A DNA stretch of 64,000 nt from Podarcis filfolensis (Eukaryota). Location: NCBI GenBank assembly GCA_964270895.1, contig OZ185440.1. The stretch is one strand, 5' to 3'. A program made the position numbers and the translations under genes. This document shows positions 1 to 55,425 of this stretch, in pieces. The notes under the pieces were generated by a model that was given only the letters and a program-made list of their open reading frames with translations, was not told the DNA's origin and made no database searches. The number at the start of each line of letters is the position of its first letter. Position 1 is the stretch's first letter.

Positions 1-95
1 TTTACCAATGAAATTCAGTGTAGTTGGCTTTAGATGCAGGATTCGCCCCCCCCCCCCCGGTGCCACCACTGCACTAAAATTTCCTGTCTATAATA

Positions 96-337
96 CAATG
101 GTACCTCGGGTTACATACGCTTCAGGTTACATACGCTTCAGGTTACAGACTCCGCTAACCCAGAAATAGTGCTTCAGGTTAAGAACTTTGCTTCAGGATG
201 AGAACAGAAATCGTGCTCCAGTGGCGCGGCAGCAGTGGGAGGCCCCATTAGCTAAAGTGGTGCTTCAGGTTAAGAACAGTTTCAGGTTAAGTACGGACCT
301 CCAGAATGAATTAAGTTCTTAACCCGAGGTACCACTG
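96..337. mobile_element. Tc1/mariner (Tigger/pogo-like) MITE, copy 1
   Basis: TIRs CA(A/G)TGGTACCTCGGGTTA, TA on both flanks (94-95, 338-339). Confidence 0.85.
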
Positions 338-744
338 TATTGTACAGTATTTCAGAATCCTAGTAGACATGCTAGATGGTATTTCAGTGATGCTATAGCA
401 ATTTCTGCCTAAGCAGTAATATTACCCAAGTGGCAAAGAAACAGAAGATGGAATCCTGTTCGTAAGTTATTTTTGTTATGCTGGTATCCAAATAATTTTA
501 TGGACTTTGGTAGAGATCAGTGGCTAAGAAATGGAAACTGTAGTGGAGAAAATGGGGCTGAAATGCCACCCCCACCAAATTCTCTCATAAAGGAAAGGAG
601 ATATCACTTGTTTCTGTCTTTATTGTTGTCTGTATTGCTGCTGTAAGCTGACAGTTCAAATTGAACCACTTCCCTGACAGTAAGGAGGCTGTGATGGTTG
701 ACAGTATTGAACAAGGAAGGAGGGCAGCTGAGCTGAAACACTTG

Positions 745-1490
745 AAAGAACATAAGAGGAGCCTGCTGGATCAGGCCAGTGGCTTCTCTAGCCTAGCATC
801 TTGTTCTCACAGTGGCCAACCAGAAGCCTGTGGAAAGCCTACAAGCTTCTCTGCCCACCTGCAATTCTCAGCAGCTGTTATTCAAAAGCATGCTGCATCT
901 GAGAGTGGAGCTCTGGTCAGACCTCACCTGGAGTACTGTGTCCAGTTCTGGGCACCACACTTCAAACTGGAACGTGTCCAGAGGAGGGCAACCAAAATGG
1001 TCAAAGGCCTGGAAACGATGCCTTATGAGGAACGGCTAAGGGAGCTGGGCATGTTTAGCCTGGAGAAGAGGAGGTTAAGGGGTGGTATGATAGCCATGTT
1101 CAAATATATAAAAGGATGTCACATAGAGGAGGGAGAAAGGTTGTTTTCTGCTGCTCCAGAGAAGCGAACACGGAGCAATGGATCCAAACTACAAGAAAGA
1201 AGATTCCACCTAAACATTAGGAAGAACTTCCTGACAGTAAGAGCTGTTCGACAGTGGAATTTGCTGCCAAGGAGTGTGGTGGAGTCTCCTTCTTTGGAGG
1301 TCTTTAAGCAGAGGCTTGACAACCATATGTCAGGAGTGCTCTGATGGTGTTTCCTGCTTGGCAGGGGGTTGGACTCGATGGCCCTTGTGGTCTCTTCCAA
1401 CTCTATGATTGTATGATTCTATTCTAGGTAGAGCTTAGCCATCATGGCTAGGAGCTGTTGATGGGCTTGCCCTCCATAAATTTACCTCAT
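745..1490 (-). mobile_element. Older CR1-type LINE 3' fragment (745-910 and 1426-~1490), interrupted by another CR1
   Basis: ACATAAGA tail and GCTGGATCAGGCCAGTGG motif shared with 38647 and 51036; sequence resumes after 1425. Confidence 0.7.
911..1425 (+). mobile_element. 5'-truncated CR1 LINE (ORF2 C-terminus, 3'UTR and ATTCT tail)
   Basis: [16 protein letters not shown]...[11 protein letters not shown]...[10 protein letters not shown] is the CR1 RT C-terminus; tail TCTATGATTGTATGATTCTATTCT. Confidence 0.93.
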
Positions 1491-4400
1491 CTCAGACCTT
1501 CCCTCCCTCCCAGGAGATACAGCCCAATAATAGTTTCGAGCACAAGAGAAGAGACACTGTTATGGTCAATCTGATATGTAATTAGTCCATTCTCGAGCAG
1601 AGTATTTCTCATTCACAGAGATAAGGGAAGGTAGGAAGAAAGCCATTAAATGTACTTGTTGGTGTTCGCTCATACTGTGTCCAAAATTAAGGGCATGTAA
1701 GAAAAAAACAAATTATTCTTACTTGAAATAATTTTGTAACAGCATTAGCAAAGATGTTTTAAAAGCATAGGAAGGGTGATAAATACATTGGGATTAGGTG
1801 AGTGCTGACCACTGACTCTAAAACAGCCTTCACCAATCTGGTGCCCTCCAGATATTTTAGACCACAATGCCCAACAACCCCAGCCCTAAACTATACCTTA
1901 GTAGCCTCTGGTTAGGAAATAACTGAGCCATGACTTACTGATTTTGGCTAGCTTGTGATGACTCTTCTTGCTAACCTGTGGGTTACTACCATTGTCAGCG
2001 GGGCGTCTTGACTTAGCCTTCCTCGCAGTGTCTGTTTCCTACAGAACCCATCAGTTAAGAATTCCATGTTGAGTAAGACCAATGATTAATTCAATCCAGT
2101 GTCCTGTGACTGACAGAGACTAGACGGAATGCAGGAAAGAGCTTGAGGTTTAAGGGAGTGGGGAGTTTGTATACTCTTACTGTCATGGTAGCAGCCAACA
2201 ATCTTCTTGTCATGCACTTGTTCTGCTTCTCCTGTCTGGGTCTTATCTAGCCCTTGAATGATATTCCTACTCTGGAACTTTTATCTTTGGAGATACTCTA
2301 AAGCTCTGATGATCACCTTGGTGCTTTGGGAGTCCTTTATTTTTATTTTTCATCTGTGTCATCTTTTTCATCTGTTATTCTAAAAGCCTCCACAAATCCT
2401 GTGAACAAGAGTTTTGTAGATTAACAGTGCATTACGTAAAAACAATTTTTCATGAAAGCTGGTAGTGGCTGATTTCACTGAGTTGCCCCCTACTTGTTTT
2501 CTTGGGAAATCTAATGATGGGATGGATCTCCATCTGTGCAAGATACCATCATAGAGACCAGACAAAAATTCAAGTTCCTCATTCACTTTTTCTGCCCTTT
2601 CCTTCTGGATGTTACATAGTCTTACTTTCATCAGTGATGCCATCCCTCAAAGGACAAGTACTGTTAAGACTTTAAGGGATTTCCTCATAATGGAAATTAT
2701 CCTTGGCATTGATATTTTTTGTTCCCTGTTCTCAACAGTTTGCTCCCCTCCAGCTCTATTCTGTCTTCTTTTTGTGTGTGATATAATAGAACAGCTCATG
2801 GAATCAAGTTGTGCACACAGCAGCAATGATTTTTGATATGGGCATTGTTAGCTTTTTCTTGTGTTGTTCTCTCCCCATCCCCTTTCTTTTCCCCTAATAG
2901 TTTCTAACCTCTTGGCTTACCTTCATAGCTACAGTGGTGCATTGTTTATTTCAGCAGTGAAAAATGACTCCAAAATCTGTATTCTGAGTGGTGATTTAGA
3001 GCTCGATATTCTATGCTTACATTAAATAGTCGTTTCCAGTGAGCATTACTTTGCACTCATTGCACTGAATTTCATTTGGCATTTCACTGCCAAGTCATTT
3101 TGGTTTTTTTGTAAGATTGTTCCATTCAGTCTATCCTTATCATCCTACAGCATCATTTACAATGCCTGCAATGCTAGAAATATGTTCCCCTCACTTGCCA
3201 GGTGAGTGTCACAGTTTGTGACATGACTAGACATGGAGTAAGTGGTCATCCTGTTGTCAGGGCTGGGCCGTGGGCAGACATTTGGAGCGAGTCAGGAACT
3301 GGGAGTCCAGACTGAAGAGCAATTGGGATGAGAGATGGCAAACCAGAAGGCAGGACTGAAGGCCAGAAACTCATAACACACCAGAGCAAAGTTGCACTGA
3401 AACAGGAAGCTCTCTTACACTCTTTCCTGTCCAGGAGGAACCAATGGCCACCCTGGGAGGAGTCAGTCCAGAAGGTTCTTCACTAAGAAGCTGTAGTGAC
3501 AGAGATAGGCACAATGTCCCTTCCCTAGAATTTATCCTGCTGCCCATGTTGCTGTTTCTTATTGTCGTGTCCTCGGTCATAATATTTTGAGGTGGTCATC
3601 TTGCTTGTCTTGAGTTCAGCAACATCCACAGGGCCATCACATTAGTAAGCAGGATATTTACTGTAGACACACACCCCATAGTGGTCAAGAACTGTCAAGC
3701 AGCTGATCTAACCATTTGTCATTGGTAGTTGCTTAGCAACATAAATTAAGCTGCCCTCTCTCAGCCTGGAAAAATGGTTTGCCCGGGAGGGAAGAAGACA
3801 AAGGAGAAGGGCAGTGATGAGGAAGTATTAGGAGTTGGGTAATAGCATGGGGAGATTCCAGAGGATCCATGGTGTTTCCAGGTCCAAAGCTCAGTCCTGG
3901 AGAACCTCCATTTATGCTTGGCTATCCCAGATTATAGCCTGATTCACTAAGACAGACAGACACCACACACATCTCTCGCTATTATTGTCCATGGATCCAG
4001 ATTATTTCTCCTGCCCTTAGTTCTTCATCTTTTCATGTGCTGTCATCCTTCTCCTGTCTTGACCTTATCTAGCTCCAGGAAGCTGCGCCTTGAAGGATAA
4101 TCCTACTTGCGCTTCCTTGAAAACCATTTTTCTTTGGAGCTGCTCAAAAGCTTTGGTGTTCAACTGGACACTTGAGGAGTCTTCCAGTGATTCCCATCTT
4201 GTCAAATGTGTCTTAGTTTCTCCTTGAGTCTTTTATCTCTTGGAACCTGAGTACTGGCTTAAGTTCTTCTCTGGGCCCGTATCCTGTTCAGCACTTGGTT
4301 GGTGTTCCCTTTGACAAGTGGCCCTATGTCCGTTTCTATCCTGACCCTGTTGTCAGCCTGAATCCTGGCCCCTGTGTATTTTACAGGCCTTAGTCCTTGC

Positions 4401-5179
4401 CTAAGGCATATCTTGAGTCCTGATCTTAAATGTGCTTTTAGCAGGGCTGTGAAGGAGCTGTTTTTAATGTGGCTGCTCTATAAGGTCATCCTGTGGGTGG
4501 ACTATACCAATTCTCTTCTGACTACTACAATTTTCACTGATTTTTCTGGGACTAAAGTGACTCACTGTCCTACAGTTCCACAAACAACTTTATAGCCTTT
4601 AAGACACACACACATACACACACAGAATGCAGCATTACAATGGCTGCATTCTATACCTCTGCCACATAAACTGATTTTATACAGTTAGCAGTTTTTGTAA
4701 TTTCATTGTTCTGATCTCTGGTACTTTTGAGTGAATACCATCTGTTCTGTGTGACTTATTGCTGTCTAGCTTATCAATTTGCTCTTAAATGTCTCTTATT
4801 GAAAGATCAATTTGTGACAGCGCTTTAGATTTATTGCCGAAAATGTGCCATTTTTTCAGCTATACTTCTTCATTTAGGGCCTTCTATCCAGTGATCTCTG
4901 AGCCCTAAGGCATTCCAAAGCCCTTCAGTACAGTAGCTGATTGTGCCCTGTTATTAAAATTGAATTAGGGAAATGTTAAATTATATGTTAACATATCTTA
5001 TATGGGATCTAAAAATTAATTCCAGAGAGAATAAAGAGACATATTTTATTGGCATATGGATATAGGGGAAGGGAATGAAAATGCTTTTTCTGTTAAGTCT
5101 CTCATAAGTTGTTAAATCCCTTATATCCCTGACTGATCACTGAGGACTTCAGGTGAGTCTGTGTTAGTTGTTCCTGTGG

Positions 5180-5460
5180 CTCAGGTACATCACTGGTACC
5201 CACTAGGAGCCATACATTTAGTAATGTGGGCTCTATTTTATGGAACTGCCTTCCAGCTGAGGTCAAACAGGCTCCTGTCTACTTAACTTTCAGAGCCTAA
5301 TGGTTTTTAAATCATCATCATCATCATCCAAACAGGCATTTTTATTGATGTCTGATTTTATAGTTTTAACTGATTTTTATTTTTTGCATTGCATCTTTGT
5401 AAGCCACTTAGAGACTATTGCCATTAAGGGATATATAAATTGTTTGAACAAATGAATATA
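5180..5460 (+). mobile_element. L2-type LINE 3' end
   Basis: TGGAACTGCCTTCCAGCTGAGGTCAAACAGGCTCC...TTGTAAGCCACTTAGAG...GGATATATAAAT. Confidence 0.5.
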
Positions 5461-6087
5461 TATTAAATTCACAGGACCTCCATTAACTCATTCTTCTCCA
5501 ACTTGGAACCCACCAGGTGTTATTTGTCATGTTCGCATGTCTTGGTCTTAACCTGCCTGCAGTCTCCCACCATTCTTGGCCATGAAGACAGGGACTGATG
5601 GGAGTTATAGTTTAAACACCTAAAGGGCACCAGCTAAGAGAAGTCTACTCTAGATTGCTCCCACAAATCACTCCCATGACTTCATGTGGGAGGGGATTGT
5701 ACATTCCATCTGTTCGCCACTCTCAAATTCATGGGATAACCAATGCTCCAGTAGATTTGAGTATGATCATTTCTCCCACAATGCTTTTAGACATGAGATT
5801 TGCTATGGGAGAGGTTGCTTTTTATTCCATGCTTCAGTGCATGCACAGAATTTGGTACTGGACCTAGAATTCATTTGTTTAAAAAAGCTTAATTTTTTAG
5901 ATTTTATGACTGTGCAGACAGGCTTGAATGAAAGTATGTGGGTAGTGCCTAATGAAACTTCAGATGAGTAATTTGAATGAGCAAGTGGCAGGGCTTCAGT
6001 GAATTGCAGATTTCTTTGCCGCTAATGACCAGCACAAGAAGATTATAACACAAAGAAGCAACTATGTGCATATTTGTTGAACTTACA

Positions 6088-6444
6088 TAAAGATAAAGGT
6101 AAAGGGACCCCCGACCATTAGGTCCAGTCGTGACCGACTCTGGGGTTGCGGCGCTCATCTCGCTTTATTGGCCGAGGGATCCGGCGTGCAGTTTCCGGGT
6201 CATGTGGCCAGCATGACTAAGCCGCATCTGGCAAACCAGAGCAGCGACGGAAACACCATTTACCTTCCCGCTGGAGCGGTACCTATTTATCTACTTGCAC
6301 TTTGACATGCTTTCGAACTGCTAGGTTTGCAGGAGCAGGGACCGAGCAACGGGAGCTCACCCCGTCGCGGGGATTCAAACCGCCAACCTTCTGATCAGCA
6401 AGTCCTAGGCTGTGTGGTTTAGACCACAGTGCCACCCGCATCCC
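6088..6444 (-). mobile_element. Sauria SINE, near full length
   Basis: (AAAGGT)n tail on +, followed by GGGACCCC...CCAGTCGTGACCGACTCTGGG...GGTCATGTGGCCAGCATGAC...CGGTACCTATTTATCTACTTGCAC body recognised from lacertid Sauria SINEs. Confidence 0.85.
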
Positions 6445-9400
6445 ATCTGCACCCATATGAAGAGGTTGTAGCATTCTGCTCCTCTAAATACAAAATTTAG
6501 CACAGGATTTTTTCTCTCTGAAGATTTACATATTTTTTACTTTCTTTAATATGTCTGCCGTGCCCTTCAGCAATATACTCTCAGGCAGCGAACAATCTAT
6601 AAGAGTAATTAAAACCATATCAAAACAACATACCAAACATATTAAGATAGCAGAGGCATGATTAAAACACATGAGATTATCACAGAGGCAGAATAAAGCC
6701 AATTTAGATCACAATTCGATTGAGTTTATCTTTACCTGGCACCATGAAGACATAGGATTGGTTGCCAAGTGAGTCTCCCAGGGGTGGGAGGGCTAGGTGC
6801 TTCAGCCAAGAAGGCTTCCACTTAATTTCCACCAAGACATCCACCTAATTTCAGAGAGCAGAAGCACCTTGTCCCTGGTCCCTGATGATGGCTTCAGTAT
6901 ATGGGCAGGTTCATAAGGAAGAAGGTTGCTCATCACTACTGCTGTGAAAGGCCACTGGGCTTAGTTAGCATCCATTTAGACTCACCTGGAAGTAGGTTTC
7001 TCTGAATGCAATGGAGATATCTCCTAAATAGGTGTGTATGGAACCACACTGATAAGCTATAGTTGAATTGCTGCTTTCCTCAACTGCACTAATATGGTTG
7101 GTCAATTACTACTGATGTGAAGTGGCATGTAAGTGGCCTGCACGTAAGCTCTAACAGAATTGTCACAGGCTCTGCTGTTGCATTCTGTTCCGTTTAACTC
7201 CACCATTTACATTACTTGAGCCCTTCAGGAATGCTTATGCCACAATGAAATTTGTCCATCTTTAACGTGCAACAGACATCTACACTCCTGTGGAAATTTT
7301 CATGTAATATGCCCACTAAGCGGGATGGGACCAAGAACCCCACAATTTTAAGTGTCTCTTCTGCTGCAAGATTATGACCACCATTCACATTCCACACAAA
7401 TAAAATCTGAAAACTAGATGTAGCCCACGACTAACGGCAAATTTCCAGTGTGGCCCTTGCTGCTCAGCAAGCTGCTCTTTTTATAGAGCTTACCTTTACC
7501 GGCTAATGTGTTTATAATTGCGTCAGCTACTGCCTGCTGTGTGGACGAACCTCCATGGACATTTCAAAAAGCTTTACGCTAAGCCTTTAGCAACATCCAT
7601 CAGGCTCATGGATGAAAGCAAGTTGATCAGAGGACGTCTTTTTGTTGTCTAGAAAGATATTATCTCTGCAGTTTGGGGAATATAGTAATAATTCTCTCCT
7701 CTTCTGCATGCTGCATGGTTTCCAGTAAAGATTAGTCCAATTTTCCTCCTTACATAACAATGGAGAAGCAAAAGGGCTGCACATCAACAGAGCTCTGATG
7801 AACAAAGGTTTTCAGATGGTGGCCTGCAAGCTCCATTCAGGTGGCCTGCAGAAAGGTTACAGAACAGTGACAGATATTTGGACTTGCTCTCACCTGATTT
7901 GATTTGTTTCCTGAAAACTGAGATCAAGGCCATTTTGATGTAGATGTTTCTAACAGACTAATAAGACCCTGGCCAAGGGCCTACTATTTTTACAATACAG
8001 TGTGGTCTATATAAATAATTTTATAAATAAATAAAATTTAAATATTTCCCCTAAAAATTCGCTAGCTAAAGCAGGCTATTCTTAGCAGCCCAGTCTAAGT
8101 CCTGTGATTTTTAAAGTGCAGTGCTGGTTTTGATAATGTCAGCACTAAAGAAAACAGTGAGATCAGAAGCGGTGTGTGTGTGTGTGTGTGTGCGTACGTA
8201 CGTACATACATACATACGTACATGAAATACTGCTGTGGGCCATTTTGTGATGATGCCAGATTGCAGGAGTAGAGGCTTCATACGTTTCATAGTATTCTTC
8301 CTTAATCCTCCCCCTGAAAGTTCTCAAGATTCCAAATTCTGTGCTACATTCCACGTTCTGTTCTTGCATGTTGAACCTGCAGGGAGTCAAATTTCACACA
8401 ACCATGATTATAGTCAGGCTCTTTTCTCAGATGGCATTATTTTTAGGTGGCTCCTGTGCACAATAAACACACTCAAAATTAATTCTGTTTAATTAGCGAA
8501 AGCCATTGTAAACAGTGCCACCTGAAAGCAGTTTTGGGTAGTGACGCTCCAGAGGTGCAATTCCCTTCCCAGACAAATTCACCTGTCACCATCATCAATT
8601 TCTTTTATATGTCAGCAAACACTGTCCTCTTCACCCATTTTTGTTATCGTCTGGTGTTACAGCTGTTGCATTTGGGTTGAGCTGGGTTAGGCTGTTGCTT
8701 TTATATAGTTTGAAGGGTTTTATATCGCAATTTTAAGTGTAAGCTGCTATGAGTGCTACTTTAAGTGGAAAGGAGTAAAAAAACAACTAAATAAATAAAA
8801 TATTCCCAGATTTTTCCAGTGTAGTTGCAGACGTATACACAGTGTAATTGCTATGAGCCATATTTGAGCTTGGGGAAAAAATCTTTCCCAAACTGGATTA
8901 GCTGGTGGCCCTGAGGAGGTTTCTGCCCCACCCTATAACATCTGGGTACTTGCCTGAATTATCTAGAGCCATCCACTTTGCAGGCACCTGCTGTCATCTT
9001 TTGGCACTGCTTCTGACATATGGGTAATTTTATTTTATTTTTATTTGTATCTCACCCATCTTAAAATCAGGGTGGCTTCCAACATGGTAGAATACACATA
9101 AAACAGTAATAAACATAAAAGCATTAGATAAACCAGCTAAAACCTGAGTCCTAAGAGATATTAAAAACCTTGACTAAACAAGAACGGCTCTCAGCCTGCA
9201 TCCCAAAAGAAGCAGGGCGGATTGCTAGCAAGTATCTTAGGGAGCTTCAAAGAACCACAACTACTTCTGGTTCCGCCTTGCAGGCAGATGCTAAACCTGA
9301 TAGCTCAGTAGACCCTTCCAACTTTAAGATCCCAGGGGCTGGCTCATGCTTGCATATTCATTACTTGGTGATAGCAACATCAAGTGATCTGCTCCTACAA

Positions 9401-10721
9401 ACAGGCAATCATTAATAATAGAGCCTTCACATCTGAAGTCACTGCAAACACAGAGGGCCGGATTTAAGCAATATGGTGGGCTAGTGGAAGCCAGCACAGA
9501 GATTCCTGGTAGCACAAGAGGGTGTCCCTCCCAGACAGCCCACGCCTCTCCCAAATTTGCTGTAAGGGGGTCAGGAGAACCCCTAGAACAGTGTGGGTGG
9601 GTGTGGGAAGCAGAGATCACCGCACCGGCCAAGCAGAAATGCTTGTGCTGGTGGCACAATTGTATCAACACAACACTGAATTCCACCAAAGGTTTTCATC
9701 TGAGACCCTTCACATGTTTTCAGCTGCATGGAAATTACAGTCTTCATGATCTAGGATACTGGGTGCAGTTGTTTACTGCTTCCCTAAGATGGGAAGGATG
9801 GAGAGGAGAGAAGTTAAGGTGTGTGTTGGGGATGGCTTTGGGGTTTGGGGGGTCAGAGAGAACCATTGTGGTACCTTCTGACAGTTTGCTTTGGTTTGTG
9901 GACTTTTCCTTGTTTCCCCTGAATTTGGGGGTGGGACAGCTTTGTGGGGTAACATGTCAAACCAAGAGAGGAAACCATTTTTCCTAATGGTTTTGTATGG
10001 GTATGACCTTTCAGAGATGGAGTAATGTTGAACCTGTGAGCCAAGGTGGTTTGGAATAGCAATAAAGGGCAATAAATAGGGCCAGAATGACAGTGGGAAA
10101 AGAGCAAGTGGTACTTTTGTTATTTTATGTTTCTTAAATGTCCTTGGTCGGTGTCATCAAGACATTTAATGCCTTGTGAATGGGCTGTCCTTGAGCATGT
10201 CTCCTTCAGTGAATAGGAGTTTTCCATCAACTGTGCACAGACTTTCCTTGCCACTGTCCAGCTACAAGGCTCCAGGCCCAATCTTAACACATTTTCCCTC
10301 AGAAGTAAGTCCTGCTGTGTCCAGCAGAATTCACTTTGGGTCAGTGTGTAGAGGGTTTTAGACTTATGCTTTTGAAAATGTGTTAATATGCTATGTAGTG
10401 ACCTTTATTATGTGGATAAAAATAATTCCTCCCTTTTCGACCCTTTGTCATTCTGAGCTTCTAGTGCAATGTGCCTTCCTCTGCTTTCAAAGGGATTCAC
10501 CAAGGGCACTCATTACAAAAAAACCCAGACTAGTTCCTTCCTTATTTTGTATTAATGGTTTGGAGAACATTATTACTTCCCTAGTCTCACTACCTGCTCA
10601 TCATAATATGGGCAGGTAGCAAGTATTATGCTAGTGTCACAAGCAAATAATTCAGTTTTATGGTTTTTTGTGAAGGGCAACTGGCAGAGAGTGGCTGTAA
10701 AAGTAAGTTTGTTACTGAAAA

Positions 10722-10724
<3 letters not shown>

Positions 10725-10759
<35 letters not shown>
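10725..10759 (+). repeat. (TC)n microsatellite forming the polypyrimidine tract of exon 4
   Basis: About 17 perfect TC units ending 15 nt before the exon start. Confidence 0.95.
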
Positions 10760-10762
<3 letters not shown>

Positions 10763-10774
10763 ATCCCATGGCAG

Positions 10775-55425
<44,651 letters not shown>

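Noticed and set aside
661-1344. 227-aa ORF as a protein-coding gene
   Set aside because: It is a fusion of antisense repeat sequence and a truncated CR1 ORF2 end, with no gene structure.
1-10774. Upstream ATP2B4 coding exons (e.g. the TFLxLVWEALQD exon)
   Set aside because: Not found in the ORF track or by reading; they must lie 5' of the window.
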